The notes beneath the pieces were generated by a model. It saw only the letters and a list, made by a program, of their open reading frames with translations. It did no database searches and was not told the origin of the DNA. A DNA stretch of 32,000 nucleotides from Pseudomonas aeruginosa (GTDB lineage Bacteria > Pseudomonadota > Gammaproteobacteria > Pseudomonadales > Pseudomonadaceae). Shown here in pieces: positions 1-10,209 of this stretch. Each line of letters opens with the position of its first letter. Position 1 is the first letter of the stretch. The position numbers were made by a program, and so were the translations under genes. The stretch spans positions 3,300,001 to 3,332,000 of the forward strand of contig NZ_LN831024.1 of the NCBI RefSeq assembly GCF_001457615.1. The letters are read 5' to 3'.

Positions 1-2706
1 AGCGGCCGCTACGACGCCATGGAGCTGGGCGAGATCGCCTCGTCCAACGTGTTGCAGGCGCTGCGCCGGGTGGAGGGCGTGGGCAAGGTCGAGACCTGGG
101 GCGCCGAGTACGCCATGCGCATCTGGCCCGACCCGGCCAAGCTGACCTCGATGAACCTCAGCGCCAGCGACCTGGTCAACGCCGTGCGCCGGCACAACGC
201 CCGCCTCACCGTGGGCGACATCGGCAACCTCGGGGTCCCCGACTCGGCGCCGATCAGCGCCACGGTGAAGGTCGACGACACCCTGGTGACGCCCGAGCAG
301 TTCGGCGAAATTCCGCTGCGCATCCGCGCCGACGGCGGCGCGATCCGCCTGCGCGACGTGGCCCGCGTCGAGTTCGGCCAGAGCGAGTACGGCTTCGTCT
401 CGCGGGTCAACCAGATGACCGCCACCGGCCTGGCGGTGAAGATGGCGCCCGGCTCCAACGCGGTGGCCACCGCCAAGCGCATCCGCGCCACCCTCGACGA
501 GCTGTCGCGCTACTTCCCGGAGGGCGTGAGCTACAACATCCCCTATGACACCTCGGCGTTCGTCGAGATCTCGATCAGGAAGGTGGTCAGCACCCTGCTC
601 GAGGCGATGCTGCTGGTGTTCGCCGTGATGTACCTGTTCATGCAGAACTTCCGCGCCACCCTGATCCCGACACTGGTGGTGCCGGTGGCCCTGCTGGGCA
701 CCTTCACGGTGATGCTCGGCCTGGGCTTCTCGATCAACGTGCTGACCATGTTCGGCATGGTCCTGGCGATCGGCATCCTGGTGGACGACGCGATCATCGT
801 GGTGGAGAACGTCGAGCGGCTGATGGCCGAGGAAGGCCTGTCGCCGCACGACGCCACGGTCAAGGCGATGCGCCAGATCAGCGGGGCCATCGTCGGCATC
901 ACCGTGGTGCTGGTCTCGGTGTTCGTGCCGATGGCGTTCTTCAGCGGCGCGGTGGGCAACATCTACCGCCAGTTCGCGGTGACCCTGGCGGTCTCCATCG
1001 GCTTCTCGGCGTTCCTCGCGCTGTCGCTGACCCCGGCCCTGTGCGCCACCCTGCTGCGCCCGATCGACGCCGACCACCATGAGAAGCGCGGCTTCTTCGG
1101 CTGGTTCAACCGCGCCTTCCTGCGCCTGACCGGACGCTACCGCAACGCGGTGGCCGGCATCCTCGCCCGGCCGATCCGCTGGATGCTGGTCTACGCCCTG
1201 GTCATCGGCGTGGTCGCCCTGCTCTTCGTGCGCCTGCCGCAGGCGTTCCTGCCGGAAGAGGACCAGGGCGACTTCATGATCATGGTGATGCAGCCCGAAG
1301 GCACGCCGATGGCGGAGACCATGGCCAACGTCGGCGACGTCGAGCGCTACCTGGCGGAGCACGAACCGGTGGCCTACGCCTATGCGGTCGGCGGCTTCAG
1401 CCTGTACGGCGACGGCACCAGCTCGGCGATGATCTTCGCCACCCTGAAGGACTGGTCGGAACGCCGGGAGGCCAGCCAGCACGTCGGCGCCATCGTCGAG
1501 CGCATCAACCAGCGCTTCGCCGGCCTGCCCAACCGTACGGTGTATGCGATGAACTCGCCGCCGCTGCCGGACCTGGGTTCCACCAGCGGCTTCGACTTCC
1601 GCCTGCAGGACCGTGGCGGGGTTGGCTACGAGGCCCTGGTCAAGGCCCGCGACCAGTTGCTGGCGCGCGCCGCCGAAGACCCGCGCCTGGCCAACGTGAT
1701 GTTCGCCGGCCAGGGCGAGGCGCCGCAGATCCGCCTGGACATCGACCGGCGCAAGGCGGAGACCCTCGGCGTGAGCATGGACGAGATCAACACCACCCTG
1801 GCGGTGATGTTCGGCTCGGACTACATCGGCGACTTCATGCACGGTAGCCAGGTGCGCAAGGTGGTGGTCCAGGCCGACGGCGCCAAGCGCCTGGGCATCG
1901 ACGACATCGGCCGGCTTCACGTGCGCAACGAGCAGGGCGAGATGGTGCCGCTGGCGACGTTCGCCAAGGCCGCCTGGACCCTCGGCCCGCCGCAACTGAC
2001 CCGCTACAACGGCTATCCCTCGTTCAACCTCGAGGGCCAGGCCGCGCCGGGCTACAGCAGCGGCGAAGCCATGCAGGCGATGGAGCAATTGATGCAGGGA
2101 CTGCCCGAGGGCATCGCCCACGAGTGGTCCGGCCAGTCCTTCGAAGAACGCCTGTCCGGCGCCCAGGCGCCGGCGCTGTTCGCCCTCTCGGTGTTGATCG
2201 TGTTCCTCGCCCTGGCCGCCCTCTACGAAAGCTGGTCGATCCCGCTGGCGGTGATCCTGGTGGTGCCGCTGGGCGTACTCGGCGCACTGCTCGGGGTGAG
2301 CCTGCGCGGTCTGCCCAACGACATCTACTTCAAGGTCGGCCTGATCACCATCATCGGCCTCTCGGCGAAGAACGCCATCCTCATCATCGAGGTGGCCAAG
2401 GACCATTACCAGGAAGGCATGAGCCTGCTGCAGGCGACCCTGGAGGCCGCGCGCCTGCGCCTGCGACCGATCGTCATGACCTCGCTGGCGTTCGGTTTCG
2501 GCGTGGTCCCGCTGGCGCTCTCCAGCGGCGCCGGTTCCGGCGCCCAGGTCGCCATCGGCACCGGGGTGCTCGGCGGGATCGTCACCGCCACGGTACTCGC
2601 GGTGTTCCTGGTACCGCTGTTCTTCCTGGTGGTCGGGCGCCTGTTCCGGTTGCGCAAGGCGCCGCGCACCGGCAACTCGCCCCAGATCCCCACGGAGCAA
2701 GCCTGA
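1..2706 (+). CDS. mexY: RND (HAE1 family) multidrug efflux inner-membrane transporter MexY, 5'-truncated by the window edge
   Basis: The frame is open from nt 1 (the track ORF 19..2706 is the same frame). The protein has typical AcrB/MexB-type architecture and motifs (GMVLAIGILVDDAIIVVENVER, LSAKNAILIIEVAK, 12-TM-type hydrophobic blocks). The C-terminus and the neighbours (liu cluster) match my recollection of the PAO1 mexY locus. Stop TGA is at 2704-2706. Confidence 0.93.
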   Translation, partial: SGRYDAMELGEIASSNVLQALRRVEGVGKVETWGAEYAMRIWPDPAKLTSMNLSASDLVNAVRRHNARLTVGDIGNLGVPDSAPISATVKVDDTLVTPEQFGEIPLRIRADGGAIRLRDVARVEFGQSEYGFVSRVNQMTATGLAVKMAPGSNAVATAKRIRATLDELSRYFPEGVSYNIPYDTSAFVEISIRKVVSTLLEAMLLVFAVMYLFMQNFRATLIPTLVVPVALLGTFTVMLGLGFSINVLTMFGMVLAIGILVDDAIIVVENVERLMAEEGLSPHDATVKAMRQISGAIVGITVVLVSVFVPMAFFSGAVGNIYRQFAVTLAVSIGFSAFLALSLTPALCATLLRPIDADHHEKRGFFGWFNRAFLRLTGRYRNAVAGILARPIRWMLVYALVIGVVALLFVRLPQAFLPEEDQGDFMIMVMQPEGTPMAETMANVGDVERYLAEHEPVAYAYAVGGFSLYGDGTSSAMIFATLKDWSERREASQHVGAIVERINQRFAGLPNRTVYAMNSPPLPDLGSTSGFDFRLQDRGGVGYEALVKARDQLLARAAEDPRLANVMFAGQGEAPQIRLDIDRRKAETLGVSMDEINTTLAVMFGSDYIGDFMHGSQVRKVVVQADGAKRLGIDDIGRLHVRNEQGEMVPLATFAKAAWTLGPPQLTRYNGYPSFNLEGQAAPGYSSGEAMQAMEQLMQGLPEGIAHEWSGQSFEERLSGAQAPALFALSVLIVFLALAALYESWSIPLAVILVVPLGVLGALLGVSLRGLPNDIYFKVGLITIIGLSAKNAILIIEVAKDHYQEGMSLLQATLEAARLRLRPIVMTSLAFGFGVVPLALSSGAGSGAQVAIGTGVLGGIVTATVLAVFLVPLFFLVVGRLFRLRKAPRTGNSPQIPTEQA

Positions 2707-2924
2707 TGCCCCTAGCGAAACTCTCGCTCCCCACCCTGGCACTGTGCGTCGGGCTGCTCGGCGCCTGCTCGCCGACGCCTCGCCAGCCGCGCGCGGCCCC
2801 CATCGTTCCGGCCAACGGCCCCGACCTTCGGGGCAAGCTGGACGACTGGCAACAGCAGTTCACCGACCCGCTGCTGCGACAGATGATCGGCTACGCGCCG
2901 GCGCTATCCGGCGCGCAAGCCTGA
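2706..2924 (+). pseudogene. oprA: 72-codon 5' relic of an outer-membrane-factor (OprM/OprA-type) lipoprotein gene, translationally coupled to mexY
   Basis: The ATG at 2706 overlaps the mexY stop (TGATG). The peptide MPLAKLSLPTLALCVGLLGAC has a signal sequence plus lipobox (LGAC). Residues DDWQQQFTDPLLRQMIGYA resemble the conserved OMF N-terminus (OprM: GWREFFRDPQLQQLIGVAL). Similarity ends around nt 2897-2900 and the ORF stops at 2924, whereas OMFs are typically ~470-490 aa. Confidence 0.65.
2894..2915. terminator. GC hairpin (8-bp stem CGCGCCGG/CCGGCGCG, 6-nt loop) between the convergent mexY-relic and the downstream minus-strand gene
   Basis: The inverted repeat was read directly at 2894-2901 and 2908-2915. 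It lies between two convergent 3' ends. There is no clear U-tract, so terminator function is only inferred. Confidence 0.3.
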
Positions 2925-2946
2925 ATTCCGCCGTCCTTTTCCCACC

Positions 2947-3876
2947 CTAGTCGGCCGCTGGCAGCGCTCGGCTGAAGCGGTAGAACAGGTTCGGCTCGCT
3001 GACCACGTACAGGCTGCCCCGGTCGTCCATCGCCAACCCTTCGGCCTGCGGCACGTCGTCCGTCAGGCCATGGTTGCCGCCACGCAGGGTCAGGCTGCCG
3101 AGCGGATCCCCGGCGCGATCCAGTTCGATGACCACCCGCGACTCGTCGGAAAGCACCAGCAGGTGATCGCTGGCCTTGTCGTAGTAGAGGCTCGACAGAT
3201 CGGTGAGGAACAACCCGCGATCGCGCTGCGGGTCGCCGCCGACGCTCAGGTCGAGCGCCTCGCCGCGGTCGTTGAAGAAGCCGTTTACCTCGATGATGCC
3301 CACCGGCGCCTTTTCCCGGGCCACGAACAGGCGCTCGCGCAGCGGGTCGTAGGCCAACCCCTCGAAGCCCTTGTTGCGCTTGTTTGCACTGCCCAGGGAG
3401 AACTTCCGGGCGTTGCGCGGATCGTCGATGTCGATCACCCGGGTGTCGGCGTCGACATGGATCTCCACCAGGCGTTGGCGACGCTCCTCGGCGACCACGT
3501 AGACGCCGGGCCGGATGTACTCGATAGCCTCCGGATCCTGGAAACCGCGCAGGGGGATGCGTCGCAGCAATTCGCCGTCCAGCGACAGCTCGAGGAAATG
3601 CGGGTCCTGGTTGGTCACGCTGACCAGGCTGCGCCGGCTGGGGTCGAAGGACAGCGCCGACACGTTGGACTCCGCGCCCAGCACGCGGGCTTCGATATCG
3701 ACCCGATAGTCGGCCAGGCGCAGGGCGTTCTCGCGCGCAACATCGCCGCCGTAGCGCTGCTCCAGCTTGAACCAGATTCGCTCGAACGCGCGCTGCTGCT
3801 GGCCCGCCACCAGCAGCGCAAGCAACGCGGCGAGCAGGCAAGCCAGCAGCGTCCTGTAGGTCATCAGCCGACTCAT
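2947..3876 (-). CDS. Signal-anchored/secreted beta-propeller-like protein resembling the SdiA-regulated (YjiK) family; PA2017-like hypothetical protein
   Basis: This is the track ORF 2947..3969 (-). I prefer the start at 3876 (MSRLMTYRTLLACLLAALLALLVAG...) because GGAGGAG lies 8 nt upstream on the minus strand and a hydrophobic signal/anchor follows immediately. Motifs such as GFEGLAYDP, LFVAREK and LYVVSEPNLFYRF recall YjiK-type proteins. The family call is from memory only. Confidence 0.75.
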   Translation of the reverse strand: MSRLMTYRTLLACLLAALLALLVAGQQQRAFERIWFKLEQRYGGDVARENALRLADYRVDIEARVLGAESNVSALSFDPSRRSLVSVTNQDPHFLELSLDGELLRRIPLRGFQDPEAIEYIRPGVYVVAEERRQRLVEIHVDADTRVIDIDDPRNARKFSLGSANKRNKGFEGLAYDPLRERLFVAREKAPVGIIEVNGFFNDRGEALDLSVGGDPQRDRGLFLTDLSSLYYDKASDHLLVLSDESRVVIELDRAGDPLGSLTLRGGNHGLTDDVPQAEGLAMDDRGSLYVVSEPNLFYRFSRALPAAD

Positions 3877-4008
3877 CGTTACGACTCCTCCGAGAAACAC
3901 AGTGTTCGGCGAAGCAGAACAGAGCCATCCGCGCCCTTTCATGAGGCGCCGATTAAATCTTTCTGACAAGCATCTTTCACGGCTGTCATTTTTCCCCCGT
4001 TCCAGGCG

Positions 4009-4046
4009 TTGACAGGATTTCGGCGCAGCTTTACGTTAACGTAAAG
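4009..4046 (+). promoter_or_regulatory. Candidate liuR/liu operon promoter (TTGACA-N17-TACGTT) overlapped by an 18-bp perfect palindrome CTTTACGTTAACGTAAAG (probable LiuR/MerR-type operator)
   Basis: TTGACA is at 4009-4014. The perfect palindrome is at 4029-4046, 23 nt upstream of the liuR ATG (4069). The palindrome was verified by reverse-complementing. The promoter hexamers are an inference. Confidence 0.6.
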
Positions 4047-4068
4047 GTAAACAAGCAGGTGCCAGCGC

Positions 4069-4473
4069 ATGTCCATCACCTACACCATCTCCGATCTCGC
4101 CCGCGAACTGGACATCACCACCCGCGCCATCCGCTTCTACGAGGAGCAAGGCCTGCTCTCCCCCGAGCGACGCGGCCAGGAACGCATCTATTCGCCGCGC
4201 GACAAGGTCAGCCTGAAGCTGATCCTGCGCGGCAAGCGCATCGGTTTTTCCCTCGCCGAATGCCGCGAACTGATCGAGCTCTACGACCCGGACCCGAGCA
4301 GCGGCAACCAGAAGCAGTTGAACACCATGCTGGAGAAGATCGCCGAGCGCCGCGCCCAGCTGGAACAACAGTTGCTGGACATCGAACAGATGCAGCTGGA
4401 ACTGGATACTGCCGAGGAGCGCTGTCGAGCGGCGCTTATCAAAAGCTATAACAAACATACAGTTGAAACATAA
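4069..4473 (+). CDS. liuR: MerR-family transcriptional regulator of leucine/isovalerate utilisation
   Basis: 134 aa. The N-terminal MerR HTH is YTISDLARELDITTRAIRFYEEQGLL, followed by a coiled-coil dimerisation region. It lies immediately upstream of liuABCDE. Confidence 0.92.
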   Translation: MSITYTISDLARELDITTRAIRFYEEQGLLSPERRGQERIYSPRDKVSLKLILRGKRIGFSLAECRELIELYDPDPSSGNQKQLNTMLEKIAERRAQLEQQLLDIEQMQLELDTAEERCRAALIKSYNKHTVET

Positions 4474-4521
4474 ACCTCATTCAAAGCTTTAAACCGGACA
4501 AGCACAATTACAGGTGAAAGC

Positions 4522-5685
4522 ATGACCTATCCCAGCCTCAACTTCGCCCTCGGCGAAACCATCGACATGCTCCGCGACCAGGTGCGCGGCTTCGTCGCCG
4601 CCGAACTGCAGCCGCGCGCCGCGCAGATCGACCAGGACAATCAGTTCCCCATGGACATGTGGCGCAAGTTCGGCGAGATGGGCCTGCTCGGCATCACCGT
4701 CGACGAGGAGTACGGCGGTTCGGCGCTGGGCTACCTGGCCCACGCCGTGGTCATGGAAGAGATCAGCCGGGCCTCGGCTTCGGTGGCGCTCTCCTATGGC
4801 GCGCATTCCAACCTCTGCGTCAACCAGATCAAGCGCAACGGCAACGCCGAACAGAAGGCCCGCTACCTGCCGGCCCTGGTATCCGGCGAAAACATCGGTG
4901 CGCTGGCGATGAGCGAACCCAACGCCGGCTCCGACGTGGTCTCGATGAAGCTGCGCGCGGACCGGGTCGGCGACCGCTTCGTTCTCAACGGCAGCAAGAT
5001 GTGGATCACCAACGGTCCCGATGCCCATACCTATGTGATCTACGCCAAGACCGACGCGGACAAGGGCGCGCACGGGATCACCGCGTTCATCGTCGAGCGC
5101 GACTGGAAAGGCTTCAGTCGCGGGCCGAAGCTGGACAAGCTGGGCATGCGCGGCTCGAACACCTGCGAACTGATCTTCCAGGACGTCGAGGTACCCGAGG
5201 AGAACGTCCTCGGCGCGGTCAACGGCGGGGTCAAGGTACTGATGAGCGGCCTCGACTACGAGCGCGTGGTGCTTTCCGGCGGCCCGGTGGGAATCATGCA
5301 GGCGTGCATGGACGTGGTGGTGCCGTACATCCATGACCGCCGCCAGTTCGGCCAGAGCATCGGCGAATTCCAGCTGGTCCAGGGCAAGGTGGCCGACATG
5401 TACACCGCCCTCAACGCCAGCCGCGCCTACCTGTACGCCGTGGCCGCCGCCTGCGACCGCGGCGAGACGACCCGCAAGGACGCCGCCGGGGTGATCCTCT
5501 ACAGCGCCGAGCGCGCCACCCAGATGGCCCTGGACGCGATCCAGATCCTCGGCGGCAACGGCTACATCAACGAGTTTCCCACCGGCCGCCTGTTGCGCGA
5601 CGCCAAGCTCTACGAGATCGGCGCCGGCACCAGCGAGATCCGCCGCATGCTGATCGGCCGCGAGCTGTTCAACGAAACCCGCTGA
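4522..5685 (+). CDS. liuA: Isovaleryl-CoA dehydrogenase
   Basis: 387 aa acyl-CoA dehydrogenase with an IVD-type C-terminus ([20 protein letters not shown]). It is the first catabolic gene of the liu cluster. Confidence 0.95.
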   Translation: MTYPSLNFALGETIDMLRDQVRGFVAAELQPRAAQIDQDNQFPMDMWRKFGEMGLLGITVDEEYGGSALGYLAHAVVMEEISRASASVALSYGAHSNLCVNQIKRNGNAEQKARYLPALVSGENIGALAMSEPNAGSDVVSMKLRADRVGDRFVLNGSKMWITNGPDAHTYVIYAKTDADKGAHGITAFIVERDWKGFSRGPKLDKLGMRGSNTCELIFQDVEVPEENVLGAVNGGVKVLMSGLDYERVVLSGGPVGIMQACMDVVVPYIHDRRQFGQSIGEFQLVQGKVADMYTALNASRAYLYAVAAACDRGETTRKDAAGVILYSAERATQMALDAIQILGGNGYINEFPTGRLLRDAKLYEIGAGTSEIRRMLIGRELFNETR

Positions 5686-5807
5686 AGCCTCGCTCTTCCC
5701 GGCCCTTTGCCGCCAGGGAGAGGGCATTCCATTGCATCGACAGGCGCATCGCCAGGTCGGGAGCGGGCGCCAACCGCTTCCGCCCACCTCGACACGGAGC
5801 CACCGCC

Positions 5808-7415
<1,608 letters not shown>

Positions 7416-7428
7416 CGAGCAGACCAGC

Positions 7429-8226
7429 ATGAGCGAATTCCAGACCATCCAGCTTGAGATCGACCCGCGCGGCGTAGCCACCCTGTGGCTGGACCGGGCG
7501 GAAAAGAACAACGCCTTCAATGCCGTCGTGATCGGCGAACTGTTGCAGGCCATCGATCGCGTCGGCAGCGACCCGCAGGTCCGCCTGCTGGTGCTGCGCG
7601 GCCGTGGCCGGCACTTCTGCGGCGGTGCCGACCTGGCCTGGATGCAGCAGTCGGTGGACCTCGACTACCAGGGCAACCTGGCCGACGCCCAGCGCATCGC
7701 CGAACTCATGACCCATCTCTACAACCTGCCCAAGCCGACCCTGGCGGTGGTCCAGGGCGCGGTGTTCGGCGGCGGGGTCGGCCTGGTCAGTTGCTGCGAT
7801 ATGGCCATCGGCAGCGACGACGCGACCTTCTGCCTGTCCGAGGTACGCATCGGCCTGATCCCGGCGACCATCGCCCCGTTCGTGGTCAAGGCCATCGGCC
7901 AGCGCGCCGCGCGGCGCTATTCGCTGACCGCCGAGCGCTTCGACGGACGCCGCGCCAGCGAACTGGGCCTGCTCAGCGAAAGCTGTCCCGCCGCCGAACT
8001 GGAAAGCCAGGCCGAGGCCTGGATCGCCAACCTGCTGCAAAACAGCCCGCGCGCCCTGGTCGCCTGCAAGGCGCTCTACCATGAGGTCGAGGCCGCCGAG
8101 CTGAGCCCGGCGCTGCGCCGCTACACCGAGGCGGCCATCGCCCGCATCCGCATCAGCCCGGAAGGCCAGGAAGGCCTGCGCGCCTTCCTGGAGAAACGCA
8201 CGCCCGCCTGGAGAAACGACGCATGA
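7429..8226 (+). CDS. liuC: Methylglutaconyl-CoA hydratase (enoyl-CoA hydratase/crotonase family)
   Basis: 265 aa crotonase fold (FCGGADLAWM, GAVFGGGVGL). The stop overlaps the liuD start (ATGA at 8223-8226). Confidence 0.93.
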   Translation: MSEFQTIQLEIDPRGVATLWLDRAEKNNAFNAVVIGELLQAIDRVGSDPQVRLLVLRGRGRHFCGGADLAWMQQSVDLDYQGNLADAQRIAELMTHLYNLPKPTLAVVQGAVFGGGVGLVSCCDMAIGSDDATFCLSEVRIGLIPATIAPFVVKAIGQRAARRYSLTAERFDGRRASELGLLSESCPAAELESQAEAWIANLLQNSPRALVACKALYHEVEAAELSPALRRYTEAAIARIRISPEGQEGLRAFLEKRTPAWRNDA

Positions 8227-10189
8227 ACCCGGACTACCGCAGCATCCAGCGCCTCCTGGTCGCCAACCGCGGCGAGATCGCCTGCCGGGTGATGCGCAGC
8301 GCGCGCGCCCTCGGCATCGGCAGCGTCGCCGTGCACAGCGACATCGACCGCCACGCCCGCCACGTCGCCGAAGCCGACATCGCCGTCGACCTGGGCGGCG
8401 CCAAGCCCGTCGACAGCTACCTGCGCGGCGACAGGATCATCGCCGCCGCCCTCGCCAGCGGCGCCCAGGCGATCCACCCCGGCTACGGCTTCCTCTCGGA
8501 GAACGCCGACTTCGCCCGCGCCTGCGAGGAAGCCGGCCTGCTCTTCCTCGGACCGCCGGCGGCGGCCATCGACGCCATGGGCAGCAAGTCGGCCGCCAAG
8601 GCGCTGATGGAAGAAGCCGGCGTGCCGCTGGTGCCCGGCTATCACGGCGAAGCCCAGGACCTCGAGACTTTCCGCCGGGAAGCCGGGCGCATCGGCTACC
8701 CGGTGCTGCTCAAGGCCGCCGCTGGCGGCGGCGGCAAGGGCATGAAGGTGGTGGAGCGCGAGGCCGAGCTGGCCGAGGCCCTTTCCTCCGCCCAGCGCGA
8801 GGCCAAGGCCGCCTTCGGCGACGCGCGGATGCTGGTGGAGAAATACCTGCTGAAGCCGCGCCACGTGGAGATCCAGGTATTCGCCGACCGCCATGGCCAC
8901 TGCCTGTACCTCAACGAACGCGACTGTTCGATCCAGCGCCGCCACCAGAAGGTCGTCGAGGAAGCCCCGCCCCCGGTCTCGGTGTGGAACTGCGCCGGGC
9001 CATGGGCGAGGCCGCGGTACGCGCGGCGCAGGCGATCGGCTACCTCGGCGCCGGTACCGTCGAATTCCTCCTCGACGAACGCGGCCAGTTCTTCTTCATG
9101 GAAATGAACACCCGCCTGCAGGTGGAACACCCGGTCACCGAGGCCATCACCGGCCTCGACCTGGTCGCCTGGCAGATCCGCGTCGCTCGCGGCGAGGCGC
9201 TGCCGCTGACACAGGAACAGGTGCCGCTGAACGGCCACGCCATCGAAGTGCGGCTCTACGCGGAAGACCCCGAGGGCGGCTTCCTCCCCGCCAGCGGCCG
9301 CCTGGCGCTGTACCGCGAAGCGCCCGCCGGCCCCGGCCGGCGGGTCGACAGCGGGGTACGCGAAGGCGACGAGGTCTCGCCGTTCTACGACCCGATGCTG
9401 GCCAAGCTGATCGCCTGGGGCGAAACCCGCGAGGAAGCCCGCCAGCGCCTGCTGGCGATGCTGGCGGAAACCTCGGTCGGCGGCCTGCGCACCAACCTGG
9501 CGTTCCTCCGCCGCATCCTCGGCCATCCGGCGTTCGCCGCCGCCGAACTGGACACCGGGTTCATCGCGCGCCACCAAGACGACCTGCTGCCGGCGCCGCA
9601 AGCGCTGCCGGAGCATTTCTGGCAAGCCGCCGCCGAAGCCTGGCTGCAGAGCGAACCGGGCCACCGTCGCGACGACGACCCGCATTCGCCGTGGAGCCGC
9701 AACGACGGCTGGCGCAGCGCCCTGGCGCGGGAGGCCGACCTGATGCTGCGCTGCCGCGACGAACGCCGCTGCGTCCGCCTGCGCCACGCCAGCCCCAGCC
9801 AGTATCGCCTGGACGGCGACGACCTGGTCAGCCGGGTGGACGGTGTCACCCGTCGCTCGGCGGCGTTGCGCCGCGGACGCCAGTTGTTCCTCGAATGGGA
9901 GGGCGAACTGCTGGCCATCGAAGCCGTCGACCCGATCGCCGAGGCCGAGGCCGCCCATGCCCACCAGGGCGGTTTGAGCGCGCCGATGAACGGCAGTATC
10001 GTGCGGGTCCTGGTCGAGCCCGGCCAGACGGTCGAAGCCGGCGCCACCCTGGTGGTGCTGGAGGCGATGAAGATGGAGCACAGCATCCGCGCGCCCCACG
10101 CCGGGGTAGTGAAGGCGCTGTATTGCAGCGAGGGCGAACTGGTCGAGGAAGGCACGCCGCTGGTGGAGCTGGACGAGAACCAGGCCTGA
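8223..10189 (+). pseudogene. liuD: 3-Methylcrotonyl-CoA carboxylase alpha (biotin carboxylase + biotin carrier) subunit, interrupted by a -1 nt frameshift at the C-run 8965-8968
   Basis: The span is 1967 nt, one short of a multiple of 3. Biotin-carboxylase homology runs in the frame of 8223 up to ...RRHQKVVEEAP. It then continues in the frame of 8984 as APGLGVELRRAMGEAAVRAAQAIGYLGAGTVEFL (compare E. coli AccC EEAPAPGITPELRR). The sequence reads GAAGCCCCGCCCCCGG, where GAAGCCCCCGCCCCCGG would restore E-A-P-A-P-G. The first frame stops at 9105-9107. The biotinylation motif EAMKMEH is present in the second frame. Confidence 0.85.
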
Positions 10190-10209
10190 CAGCCAAGACG
10201 AGGAACAGC

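Noticed and set aside
2124-2924. 266-aa plus-strand ORF spanning the mexY 3' end and the downstream region.
   Set aside because: The first ~194 codons are an out-of-frame overlap of mexY with an Arg/Pro/Gly-rich product. Only the last 72 codons (from ATG 2706) show a signal peptide/lipobox and OMF similarity, and these are annotated as the oprA-like relic.
5686-5807. 122-nt liuA-liuB spacer, examined for a terminator, sRNA or second LiuR box.
   Set aside because: There are only weak, imperfect repeats (for example CTCTTCCC...AGGGAGAG and a GCATCG direct repeat). There is no copy of the TTTACGT/ACGTAAA motif and no convincing hairpin. Nothing here can be supported.
8961-9107. Interpretation of the liuD split as programmed ribosomal frameshifting, or as a natural two-polypeptide (split) carboxylase.
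   Set aside because: The C4-G-C5 run is not a canonical heptameric slippery site, and I saw no obvious downstream stimulatory structure. The break lies inside the ATP-grasp domain rather than at a domain boundary. As I recall, orthologues are single 655-aa proteins. A mutation or a sequencing error is far more parsimonious.
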